Below are positions 16,625 through 25,975 of a DNA stretch of 37,273 nucleotides, piece after piece. Every line of letters starts with the position of its first letter. The stretch's first letter is position 1. The notes below the pieces were generated by a model. That model was not told the DNA's origin. It did not search any database and was given only the letters and a program-made list of their open reading frames with translations. Source of the stretch: Phycisphaerae bacterium (lineage in GTDB: Bacteria; Planctomycetota; Phycisphaerae; UBA1845; Fen-1342); contig JASFQK010000051.1 in NCBI GenBank assembly GCA_050115495.1, forward strand, positions 1 through 37,273, in the 5' to 3' direction. Made by a program: the position numbers and the translations under genes.

Positions 16625-18673
16625 CTATTGCGGCGCCAAAGTGGCACCGACACTCGCAGCCGGGGCGCCGGCCGGCGCAGCGCCGGCTTCGCAGGCCTCG
16701 GCCACCAATTCGATCAAGTCCTTCACGACCATGCGGCCTTCAAGCCCGGCCGTCTTCACCGCGTCGCGATACATCGTGAGATCCTTCGGGCAGGCCACGA
16801 CGAAGACCTGCACGCCGGGCAGGGCCGCCGCCTCGCGGACGCGACTCTCCGCGGGACGCTCCTTGACCTGCCCCTCCTCCATCCAGATCCGCCCGCCGCC
16901 AGCACCGCAGCACAAGGCCCGGTCGCGATTGCGGGGCATCTCGACCACGCGGCAACCGAGGGCTTCGAGCACACGCCGCGGCGCGTCGTACACGCCGTTG
17001 TAGCGGCCGAGATAGCACGGATCGTGATACGTCACCGCCGCGCTCAGCCTCTGCCGCACGGGCAGCCGGCCGTCGCGGATCAGCTCGTCCAGCAACTCGC
17101 TGTAATGCACCACAGGAAACGCCGAACCGAGCGGGCGGTCCTGCCCGTTCGTCCAGATGTACTCGTTCTTCAGCGTGTTGTAGGTGTGCGGATCGGTCGT
17201 GACGATCCGCTCGAACTGACACTTGTGCAGGGCGGTAAGGTTCTTCTGCGCGAGCAGCTCGAACAGCCCCTCCTCACCCGCCCGGCGAAGGTCATTACCC
17301 GCGTTCCGTTCGGCGTCGAAGAGCAAGCCAAAGTCGAGCCCCGCCGCCTGGAACACGCGCGCGGTCGCCTGCGTCGCCTCGGTCAGCGCCGGGCTGTACG
17401 AGGCGTAGTCGCCGACGAACCACAGGTACTGCGCCGGCTGCTTGCGGATGTCCTTGGGCTTGAAGCCGAGACCGGTCGTCCACTTCGCCCGTTGCTTGTC
17501 GGACTTGCCGAACGAGTTGCCATATCGCCGAAGGTTCTCCAGCGCCCCGGTCAGCATCTTGTCGCCGCGCTGCTGCGCCAGCAGCGATCGCCGCAGATCG
17601 ACGATCGGCTGCACGTGCTCGACGAAGAGCGGGCACTCACGATCGCACGCGTGACACGTCGTGCACGCCCACAGCATCTCGTCCGGCAGCACGTCCCCCG
17701 TGAGATGCTGGGCCAGCACGGCTTCCGCTGCGGGACCGCCCCCCCGCAGCGCCTGCCCCCGCTCGAACAGATGCGCCCGCAGCTTCATGATGAGCAGCTT
17801 CGGCGAGAGCGGTGCACCGCTGTTGTGCGCCGGGCACACGTCCTGGCACCGTCCGCACTCGCTGCACGAGTACCAGTCGAGCATCTGCCGCCACGTGAAC
17901 TGCTCGATACGCTCGACACCCTCGGGACCCGCCGCCGGCGCCAGGCGCCCCACCGGCGCCCGGTTGCGCAGCAGCACGCTGAAGATCGACGTGACGACGT
18001 GGAAGTGCTTGCCCAGCGGCAGCAGCGTCAGGAAAACCAGCACCACGCCCAGGTGAATCCACCAGCAGACGGCCGCCATGACGTTCTGCGCCTCGGGGGC
18101 CAGCCCGCGGAAGATATACCCGACGGCCGTGGAAATCGGCTGCCAGCCGGCGGCGACGTGCGCCTCCCCCAGATTCTGTCGAATGCCGCTGTGGCACAGC
18201 AGCGTCACCATGATCGTCAGAATGAAGAACAGAACGAGGTTCCCCTCGAACTGGTGGCTGCCCTGGTAGCGCTCGGGCCGAACGATCATGCGGTAATACA
18301 GCCCGAACAGCACGCCGGCGATCACCGCCACCACGATCAGGTCCTGGAGAAACAACAGCGGCCCGAACGTCGCGAAGAAAGGCAGCACCACGCCGGGGAA
18401 GAGCCCCTCGATCAGCGCTTGCAGAATCGTCGGCAGCAGCAGCACGAACCCCCAGAAGATGAACACATGCGCCAGGCCGGTGCTCTTGACGCGGAACAAC
18501 CGAGCCTGTCCGCAGAAGAACATCAGCACATCGCGCACGCGCTGCCCCCACTGCCCGAACGGCTCCGCCCGCCGCCCCAGCCGCAGATGCTGCACGCGCT
18601 GATAGCAGCGGAAGCCGAACACGCCCGTGGCGACGATCGCGCCAATCAAGACGATGACCACAGAAGCCGACAT
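16625..18673 (-). CDS. membrane-bound FeS/CCG oxidoreductase (HdrF/DUF224, EMO-like)
   Basis: N-terminal transmembrane domain with candidate heme His residues; CSECGRCQDVCP and CTTCHACDRECP; C-terminal YHDPC...CCGAGGG...ACP; adjacent to etfAB. Confidence 0.85.
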   Translation of the reverse strand: MSASVVIVLIGAIVATGVFGFRCYQRVQHLRLGRRAEPFGQWGQRVRDVLMFFCGQARLFRVKSTGLAHVFIFWGFVLLLPTILQALIEGLFPGVVLPFFATFGPLLFLQDLIVVAVIAGVLFGLYYRMIVRPERYQGSHQFEGNLVLFFILTIMVTLLCHSGIRQNLGEAHVAAGWQPISTAVGYIFRGLAPEAQNVMAAVCWWIHLGVVLVFLTLLPLGKHFHVVTSIFSVLLRNRAPVGRLAPAAGPEGVERIEQFTWRQMLDWYSCSECGRCQDVCPAHNSGAPLSPKLLIMKLRAHLFERGQALRGGGPAAEAVLAQHLTGDVLPDEMLWACTTCHACDRECPLFVEHVQPIVDLRRSLLAQQRGDKMLTGALENLRRYGNSFGKSDKQRAKWTTGLGFKPKDIRKQPAQYLWFVGDYASYSPALTEATQATARVFQAAGLDFGLLFDAERNAGNDLRRAGEEGLFELLAQKNLTALHKCQFERIVTTDPHTYNTLKNEYIWTNGQDRPLGSAFPVVHYSELLDELIRDGRLPVRQRLSAAVTYHDPCYLGRYNGVYDAPRRVLEALGCRVVEMPRNRDRALCCGAGGGRIWMEEGQVKERPAESRVREAAALPGVQVFVVACPKDLTMYRDAVKTAGLEGRMVVKDLIELVAEACEAGAAPAGAPAASVGATLAPQ

Positions 18674-18698
18674 GCCGATCCGTCCTCAGATCCGAAGG

Positions 18699-19667
18699 CT
18701 ACGTTGTCAGTTTCTCCGCCAGGGCGGGCATCAGTTCGAGCGCGTTGCAGGTCGCCCCGAAGTGCGCCACGTCGAAGATGGGCGCCTTGGCGTCCGTGTT
18801 GACGGCGAGGATCAGGTCGGCCTCGGGCACACCTTCGAGGTGCTCCGGAGCCCCGCTGATGCCGATCGCCAGGTACAGCTTCGGCTTGACCTGCTTGCCC
18901 GATTTGCCGACCAACCGCGTCGTCGGCAGCCAGCCCTGGTCCACGACCGGCCGCGAGCCGCAGACGACGCCCCCCAGCGCCTCCGCCAGCTTCTCGGCCA
19001 CGGTGAGGTTGTCCTGGTTCTGAATGCCGCGACCGACCGAGACGAGTACCGGCTGCTTCGCGATATCCACATCCGTCGCCGGCGGCTCGATGTACTGCTG
19101 GAACTTCGTCCGCACCTGGTCGAGGCCGGCGGGAGCGGCGACGCTCTCCACCGCGGGCGCCTGGCCGCCGCGGCCGTCGTCGGGCTTGTAGCCGCCGGGC
19201 ATCACCGTCGCCAGACATGTCGGCTCCGGCAGCGGCCCCGTGGCGATCAGCTTCCCACCACAGGTCGGCGCCGAGTACTGCACCCCGCCGTCTGCCACGG
19301 TGAACGTCCGGCACGACGTGGCCACCGGCACGTGCAGACGCTGCGCCAGCCCGCAGGCCAGATCGGTCCCCATCGCCGTGTGCCCGAAGAGCACCACGCG
19401 CGGCTTGTGCTGTTCGAGCATGCCGCTCAGGACGGCCAGATAGGCCTCAGGATTGAAGTCCGCCAGGCTCGCATCCCCGACGCACACGACGCGGTTGGCC
19501 TTGCCCAATTCGCCGGCCAGTTTCTGCACGTCATGGCCGATCAGCAGCGCCGTCACCTTCGTCTTCAAGCCGTCGGCAATCTGCCGAGCGGCGGCGAGCA
19601 TCGTGAACGTGATGTCCGTAACGCTACCCCGCAACGTTTCCACTACAACGCACACTTCACCGCACAT
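18699..19667 (-). CDS. etfA: electron transfer flavoprotein subunit alpha
   Basis: VSVGRG, GSRPVVD, VGKSG, YLAIGISGAPEH, AVNTDAKAPIF. Confidence 0.93.
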   Translation of the reverse strand: MCGEVCVVVETLRGSVTDITFTMLAAARQIADGLKTKVTALLIGHDVQKLAGELGKANRVVCVGDASLADFNPEAYLAVLSGMLEQHKPRVVLFGHTAMGTDLACGLAQRLHVPVATSCRTFTVADGGVQYSAPTCGGKLIATGPLPEPTCLATVMPGGYKPDDGRGGQAPAVESVAAPAGLDQVRTKFQQYIEPPATDVDIAKQPVLVSVGRGIQNQDNLTVAEKLAEALGGVVCGSRPVVDQGWLPTTRLVGKSGKQVKPKLYLAIGISGAPEHLEGVPEADLILAVNTDAKAPIFDVAHFGATCNALELMPALAEKLTT

Positions 19668-19711
19668 GGCATTCCCTCGCACGGGCCGCAGCGCCCGCGA
19701 TCCTCGTTTCG

Positions 19712-20482
19712 CTACGCCACCACGCCGCGCTCACGCAGCAGTTGCACGAACTTGTCCGCTACCTGCCGGGCGTCGCCGTCGATCATCTCCGCGTGGCTGC
19801 CGGACTCCGGCATCGCCATCGCCGAGACCGCCAGCTCGCCGTCCACCGTCACGTCATCCGCGACGATCTCCTCGATCTCGGCGCTCTTCATCGCCTCCAT
19901 CACCTTGCTGGTCACGACATAGCGCGGCGGCTTCTCCGCCGCCTGAATGCCGAGCACCGCCGGCCCCTTCACCTCGATCTCGGCGTTCAGCCCGCCCGGA
20001 TACTCCTTCTGCGCCACGAGTTGCCCCGGGCTGCCGCCGACCCGCGTCACGTACCCGACGTACGGCAGGCCGAGCTGCTCCGCGACGAGCGCCCCGACGA
20101 ACCCGTCCAGGTCGTCCACCGCCTGCGTACCGGTCAGGATCAGGTCGAACGGAATGTCGCCCAGCGCCTGCCGGCACACCGCCGCGATCCGCCGATTCCC
20201 CGGCCCCTGATCGAAATCGTCACCAGTGATCTTGATGACGCGATCCGCCCCCTTGGCCACCGCCGTGAAGAGCGTCTCGTCCACGTCGCCCGAGTCGAGC
20301 GTCAGCACGGTGACCTTGCCCCCATGCCGCTCCTTGAGCAGCAGCGCCTCTTCGAGCGCGTGATCGTCCAGCTCGTTCGGCATCAGCCGCAGGAAGGTGC
20401 GGTCGAGCAGACCGCTGTCGGCGTCGATCTCCAGGTCTTCCACCAGGTCCGGCACGAACTTCACCAAAACGACGATGTCCAT
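19712..20482 (-). CDS. etfB: electron transfer flavoprotein subunit beta
   Basis: MDIVVLVKFVPD, NELDDHALEEALLLKE, GAD, DLILTGTQAVD, PPRY; AAGGAG RBS. Confidence 0.93.
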   Translation of the reverse strand: MDIVVLVKFVPDLVEDLEIDADSGLLDRTFLRLMPNELDDHALEEALLLKERHGGKVTVLTLDSGDVDETLFTAVAKGADRVIKITGDDFDQGPGNRRIAAVCRQALGDIPFDLILTGTQAVDDLDGFVGALVAEQLGLPYVGYVTRVGGSPGQLVAQKEYPGGLNAEIEVKGPAVLGIQAAEKPPRYVVTSKVMEAMKSAEIEEIVADDVTVDGELAVSAMAMPESGSHAEMIDGDARQVADKFVQLLRERGVVA

Positions 20483-20549
20483 TGTGGACTCCTTGCGAGC
20501 TTTCACTCCCCAGCCGCCAACGATCAACCAGATTCCGCTCGGTCTGTCC

Positions 20550-20583
20550 GGCTGATGGCTGATGGCTGAAGGCTGACGGCTTA
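20550..20583. repeat. intergenic heptamer tandem repeat (GGCTGAN)
   Basis: GGCTGAT GGCTGAT GGCTGAA GGCTGAC GGCTTA. Confidence 0.75.
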
Positions 20584-21774
20584 CCCAAACATCGATTCCG
20601 CCAGCAACTCCGCGATGTCCTTCACCGCGAGCTTGCCCTCGTTCCCCGTGCTCTTGACAGCATCCTCGAATCGCGGCGTCTCGTACGGGCAGGCCACGGC
20701 CAGCACGTCGGCCCCGACGGCCAACGCCTCCTTGATGCGCCAGTCGGTGGTGCGCGTGTGCGCCTTCTCCCACGAGAACCCGTCGAGCCACATGCCGCCG
20801 CCGCCGCCGCCACAGCAGATGCTCATGGCGCGGTTGTGCGACATCTCCACGAAGTCGAGTCCGGGGATCGCCTGGAGGATCTGCCGCGGTTCCTCGTAGA
20901 TGTTGTTCTCGTTCGCCCGCCCGAGATAGCACGGATCGTGGTACGTGACGCGCAGCTCACCGCGGTTCTGCAGCAGCGGCCGCAGCCGATCGATGTGCTC
21001 GACGAGATACTGCACGTAGTGCTTCACCGTATGGTCGAAGCCCAGCCGCGGATACTCGTGCTTCAGCGCGTTGTACGCGTGCGGATCACCGGTGATGATC
21101 TCGCCGAAGTTGTACTTCTTCATCGCTACGGCGTTCTTCCGCGCCAGCAGTTCGAACAGGCCCCACTCGCCCGTGAACGCCTGCGTGTCGCCGTCGCTGC
21201 TCTCCTCCGGCCCGAGGATGCCGAACTTCACCTCCATCGCGTACAGCACCTTCGCCAGCGCTCGCGTCGCCTGCTGCACGCGCGGATGGTACGAGCCGTA
21301 GTCGCCAACGAACCACAGCACGTCCACCGGCTGCTTGTGCGTGGCCATCACCGGCACCGGCACGGTGAAGTCCTTCGCCCAATCGGCCCGCTTCTTCGGC
21401 GATTCCCCCAGCGCGTTGCCATATCGGCGGGAGTTCCCTAGCGCCGTCTGCAACTCCGCCGGAATGCTGCCGCCGACCAGCATCTCCGTCTTCAGCGTAG
21501 AGAGCAGGCCGCGCGTCAGCGGAATTTTGCTCGGACACACGCTCGCGCACGCGAAGCACGACACGCACAGCCAGATCGTGTCGCTCCCCAGCACGCCGTG
21601 CCAGTCTTCGGCACGCAGTGCGGCGATCAGCGAACGTGGCGGGTAGTCCATCGCGAAGCCGTACGGGCAGACACCGCTGCACGTGCCGCATTGCAGGCAC
21701 TTGCGAATCTGCTTGCCGTCCGGCGTGGCGTGAATCACCTTGTCGAGAAACTCGTACGATGTGGCTACCGACAT
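20581..21774 (-). CDS. soluble HdrC/HdrD-like FeS-CCG oxidoreductase
   Basis: CLQCGTCSGVCP, WLCVSCFACASVCP, YHDPC...CCGGGGG...ACP. Start at MSVATS after GAGGTG. Confidence 0.88.
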   Translation of the reverse strand: MSVATSYEFLDKVIHATPDGKQIRKCLQCGTCSGVCPYGFAMDYPPRSLIAALRAEDWHGVLGSDTIWLCVSCFACASVCPSKIPLTRGLLSTLKTEMLVGGSIPAELQTALGNSRRYGNALGESPKKRADWAKDFTVPVPVMATHKQPVDVLWFVGDYGSYHPRVQQATRALAKVLYAMEVKFGILGPEESSDGDTQAFTGEWGLFELLARKNAVAMKKYNFGEIITGDPHAYNALKHEYPRLGFDHTVKHYVQYLVEHIDRLRPLLQNRGELRVTYHDPCYLGRANENNIYEEPRQILQAIPGLDFVEMSHNRAMSICCGGGGGGMWLDGFSWEKAHTRTTDWRIKEALAVGADVLAVACPYETPRFEDAVKSTGNEGKLAVKDIAELLAESMFG

Positions 21775-22207
21775 GGTTGGGCACCTCATGGCGACAAGCG
21801 CACACTCAGACTGGGTACGCCCCGGCGGGCGTACGAACGATGGCGACGAATGACGTTGAACTGCCGAATGCCGCGCAGCCACCAGCCACGCCGGCGGACG
21901 CGGGCCCGACCTCCACGGCCACCCGTGGAGACCGAACTCACGACCGTCCCGCGCGAGCCACACGGCCCGCGTCAGGCGAACGTCTTCGCCGCCTCTGCTA
22001 TGGCACTACGACGCACCGCCCATCCGACGGGCGGCTACGTTTGGACACTGCGCGAAAGCCCGCCGTGGAACGCGGGCCGGCTCCGCGCCGCAGCCGCGCT
22101 TCGCGGCCCGGTGCGGAACACCTGCAACTGAACTGAACAAGCCCACAAAGGCACGACTCGGAAGCGCCGCTCCCTGACGAAATGCTGATTGGACGCGCTT
22201 CGACCCG

Positions 22208-23170
22208 TCATGCGTTGATCACTCTGCTGCGTGGCGCCTGCGACTCACCGGGCAGCACTTCCAGCCCGCCCGCATCCTCCACCATCGCCGCCCCGTCGAA
22301 TCGCTGATCGTCGTCCCCCTCCAACAGGTTGACGCACAAACGCGGCGCCCGGCTCAGCGGCGTGCGCGACAGACGCGCCAGCAACTGCCCCCGGCTGTTC
22401 ACGTCAAACCGCCGGTACAGCCGCTTCACATGGTCATGGATCGTGTGCGGACTGAGCCCGAGCCGGACCACAATCTGTGGCTCGCTCAGACCATCCAGCA
22501 GTAGCTCGAGCGTCTGCTGCAACGCCGGCGACAGCGGCACGCCGGCCTCCTCACACCCCTGCCGCCACAGCCGACCCAGCTCCGCATGAAACAGGGCCAC
22601 AACTCGGCGATCCAGCTCGTTGAAGGGTTGCTCGCGCCCCGACCGCGTCAGGATGACGAGATGGACGCAACGAGCCGACGGCAGGTACTGGTTCGAACAG
22701 ATGAAGTGCTCGCAGTTGAGCGTCCGCCAGGGGTCGAGGTCCGGCCGATGGAGCCACGCCCGACTCTCCGCCATCTGCGGCCGCGTGCGGATCAGCGCCG
22801 TATTGGTCGGATCGGCGAGGCCCTCCCGACGAAGATCGCAGGCGTAGCCCCCCCGTTCCACCAACGCCCGATAAACAGCAACCAGCCGCCGATCCTTCAC
22901 ACCCCCGATAACCGTACCCAGCAACCGCGGCGTCCCCGGCGTATCCGGAACCACCGCCTCCGCCGCCACCCCGGTACTCGCCCCCGCCAACCGCAACAAG
23001 CCGGCGACCATATGCCGCCGCCAGGCGATGGGCGACACGCCCAGATCCCGCACCTCATACAACAGCCGGAAGACAGATCGGACGTTGCTCAGCGTGAGCC
23101 GGTTTGCCTTGCGAGCCAAGGACCCCTGTTTAGGTGTCCCGCTTTCCCCGGCTCGCTGAACAAGAGACAT
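22208..23170 (-). CDS. LuxR/NarL-type C-terminal HTH transcriptional regulator
   Basis: LSPALQQTLELLLDGLSEPQIVVRLGLSPHTIHDHVKRLYRRFDVNSR, preceded by a GAF-like region. Confidence 0.85.
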   Translation of the reverse strand: MSLVQRAGESGTPKQGSLARKANRLTLSNVRSVFRLLYEVRDLGVSPIAWRRHMVAGLLRLAGASTGVAAEAVVPDTPGTPRLLGTVIGGVKDRRLVAVYRALVERGGYACDLRREGLADPTNTALIRTRPQMAESRAWLHRPDLDPWRTLNCEHFICSNQYLPSARCVHLVILTRSGREQPFNELDRRVVALFHAELGRLWRQGCEEAGVPLSPALQQTLELLLDGLSEPQIVVRLGLSPHTIHDHVKRLYRRFDVNSRGQLLARLSRTPLSRAPRLCVNLLEGDDDQRFDGAAMVEDAGGLEVLPGESQAPRSRVINA

Positions 23171-23271
23171 GGTGAACCCCTGATTAGGGGAGACTACCCC
23201 GATGTCCACTGTGAGAACTATAACGGAGCCGGTAACCGAGTGCAAGGATCTTCAATCACTTTCCTAGAGAC

Positions 23272-23310
23272 AATGCTCTAAACGCCCCATACAACACATA
23301 TTAGAGCATT
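23272..23310. promoter_or_regulatory. perfect 10-bp inverted repeat in an AT-rich divergent intergenic region
   Basis: AATGCTCTAA-N19-TTAGAGCATT. Confidence 0.4.
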
Positions 23311-23588
23311 CGATCTATTCCCAACAATCCCCCTCTCATTGCCCCGCGCAGCTAGCGATTCATCGCTCTGCCCGGCGTGCCTTCACAATCGGCCGCTCAT
23401 CCAGCGTCTCGAGCAGCTCAATGAACCGCGGCCGCCGGCCGGAAATTCGCCCCGATTCGCCATCAATACTTGACCTAACGGATGCCGAACTATATATTCG
23501 GTGTTTGTTTGGTGCAAGCAGCCAGCCGCGCGGCCGGGCTCGAAGTGAGGTGGGCGGCCCGTCGCGGTCGCGTCCGGGGAGTAACCGC

Positions 23589-25796
23589 ATGAATCTCGAA
23601 AACCACCAGGGCGGCGACCGGTCGCCGCGGAGCACACGTTCACCCGCCGCCAGCCAGGCCGCAGCGGCACCGCCACGCAGCCGCCGCACCGCACCCAGCC
23701 GGCCACCGACAACCGGCAATACACCGGCCCATCGCCCGGCCAGCCGCCACGCCCCCGCCGAAACGCAACGACCGACAACCGCACGCAACGGCCCACAGCC
23801 ACCGGCCATCGCCTCCAACCGCACGCCGCGAACCAACGGCCCGCCCGCCGGCCCGCGTTCAGCTCAGCCAGCAGGCCGAACGCCCGCTGACGTGCTCCGG
23901 CAGGTCTTCGGCTTCGCCGAGTTCCGTGAGGGCCAGCGGGCCGTCATCGACCGCCTGCTGGCCGGCCGGAGCGTGCTGTCCATCTTCCCGACCGGTAGCG
24001 GCAAGAGCCTGTGCTACGAGCTGCCCGCCCTGCTGCTCAGCGGCCTGACCGTCGTCATCTCGCCGCTGATCGCGTTGATGAAGGACCAGGTCGACTTCCT
24101 CACATCACGCTCGATACCGGCGGCGCGACTCGATTCAAGCCTCGACCGCGACGAAACGCTGAAGGTCTACGACGACCTCTCCGCCGGCCGGCTGAAGCTG
24201 CTGTACGTCTCGCCCGAGCGTCTCGGCAACGAGCGCTTCCTGCACCTGCTCGAACGGCACACGATCTCGCTCCTCGCCGTCGACGAGGCCCATTGCATCA
24301 GCGAATGGGGCCACAACTTCCGCCCGGACTATCTGAAGATCGCTCGCCTCGCCCGCCACCTGCGTGTCGAGCGTGTGCTCGCCCTGACCGCGACCGCCAC
24401 GCCGAGCGTCGCCGGCGACATCGCCCGCGAATTCGCCATCGCCGCCGACGACGTCGTGCACACCGGCTTCCACCGCCCGAACCTGCACCTGCGGGTCACG
24501 CCCTGCCTCGCGGAGGAGCGCCGGCGCATCCTGCTGTCGCGCCTCCAGGAGCGCCCGCCGGGACCGACCATCATCTACGTCACGTTCCAACGCACGGCCG
24601 AGGAGGTGGCGGCGTACCTGTCCAAACGCGGCTTCGCGGCGAGCGCCTACCACACCGGCATGGACGCCGAAGACCGCCACGCCGTCCAGGACGCGTTCAT
24701 GGCGTCGGGCCACCAGATCGTCGTGGCGACCATCGCCTTCGGCATGGGCGTCGACAAGGCCAACATCCGCTACGTCTACCACTTCAACCTTCCCAAGAGC
24801 CTCGAAAGCTACATGCAGGAGGTCGGCCGCGCCGGACGCGACGGGGTGCCGGCAACGTGCGAATTGCTCGCCTGCGCCGACGACGTCGTCGCCCTCGAGA
24901 ACTTCTCCTACGGCGACACGCCCACGCCGGCCGCCGTTGTCGGCTTGCTCGCGGATATCCTGGGACAAAGCGAGCAATTCGACATCTCCGTCTACGACCT
25001 CTCGCGGCAATACGACATGCGCCCGCTGGTCGTCGAGACACTGCTCGCCTACCTCGAGATCGAAGGCGTCATCCGGGCGACCGGACCGTTCTACAGCGGC
25101 TTCAAGTTCCAGCCGCAGCGGTCTCAGCAGGAAATCCTCGCCGGGTTCGACCCGTCGCGGGCGGCGTTCCTCCGGTCGCTCTGGCAACACGCCCGCAAAG
25201 GCCGAACGTGGTACAGCCTCGATATCGACGAGGTCAGCCGGGCGATCAACGAGCCCCGCGACCGCATCGTCAAGGCCGTCGGCTATCTGGAGGAGAAGGG
25301 CGACCTGGTCGTGCAGGCTGCCGGCCTGCGCCTGGGCTATCGCCGCGAACGGGCGACGGTCGACCGCCCGGCCCTCGAAGCCGCGATGACCGTCCGCTTC
25401 GCCCGCCGGGAGGAGCACGACATCGCCCGCACGCGCCTGGTCTGCGACTGGGCCGCGGCGGATGGCTGCCTGACGCGTCGCCTGCTGGAGTATTTCGGCG
25501 AGAAGCGTGGCGACTGCGGCCATTGCGGGCGCTGTGCCGGCGAACCCGCCCGCCCCCTGCCGGCGACGCCGCGGAAACCGCTCGGCGAACCCGAGGCTGC
25601 CCGCCTGCGGGCCCTGCTGGCGCAAGACCACCCGGCCCTGGCCACGCCGCGGCAGCTTACGCGCTACCTCTGCGGCATCTCCTCGCCGGCGACAACGCAC
25701 GCCAAGCTACGCAACCAACCGGACTTCGGCGTATGGCAAATGACACCATTCGCGGAGGTCCTAACGTTCGTCGAGCGCATCGCCGGCCGGCGATAG
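23589..25796 (+). CDS. recQ: RecQ family ATP-dependent DNA helicase (no HRDC domain evident)
   Basis: PTGSGKS, SPLIALMKDQ, DEAHCISEWGHNFRPDY, QEVGRAGRDG and a C-terminal CGHCGRC Zn motif. Start is uncertain because of the low-complexity N-terminus. Confidence 0.9.
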   Translation: MNLENHQGGDRSPRSTRSPAASQAAAAPPRSRRTAPSRPPTTGNTPAHRPASRHAPAETQRPTTARNGPQPPAIASNRTPRTNGPPAGPRSAQPAGRTPADVLRQVFGFAEFREGQRAVIDRLLAGRSVLSIFPTGSGKSLCYELPALLLSGLTVVISPLIALMKDQVDFLTSRSIPAARLDSSLDRDETLKVYDDLSAGRLKLLYVSPERLGNERFLHLLERHTISLLAVDEAHCISEWGHNFRPDYLKIARLARHLRVERVLALTATATPSVAGDIAREFAIAADDVVHTGFHRPNLHLRVTPCLAEERRRILLSRLQERPPGPTIIYVTFQRTAEEVAAYLSKRGFAASAYHTGMDAEDRHAVQDAFMASGHQIVVATIAFGMGVDKANIRYVYHFNLPKSLESYMQEVGRAGRDGVPATCELLACADDVVALENFSYGDTPTPAAVVGLLADILGQSEQFDISVYDLSRQYDMRPLVVETLLAYLEIEGVIRATGPFYSGFKFQPQRSQQEILAGFDPSRAAFLRSLWQHARKGRTWYSLDIDEVSRAINEPRDRIVKAVGYLEEKGDLVVQAAGLRLGYRRERATVDRPALEAAMTVRFARREEHDIARTRLVCDWAAADGCLTRRLLEYFGEKRGDCGHCGRCAGEPARPLPATPRKPLGEPEAARLRALLAQDHPALATPRQLTRYLCGISSPATTHAKLRNQPDFGVWQMTPFAEVLTFVERIAGRR

Positions 25797-25975
25797 CTGC
25801 CGGCGGCCCGCGGCCGGCTGCGTCATTTGCGCAGAAGGCGACAACCGGCGCCAAAATGGTGCCTGTTACTGCCAGAATGCGGATTGTCTGTGGCAGCGGG
25901 CCCGCTACGGCGGAGAATCTGTGGCGAAGCGCCACGCCGCACGGGCACGCCGCGAACCGAAACACGAGGACAACC

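Noticed and set aside
24011..25975. N-terminal part of the 1007-aa ORF 24011-27034
   Set aside because: It is an out-of-frame overlap with recQ. The real gene starts at 25976 with an RBS and a signal peptide.
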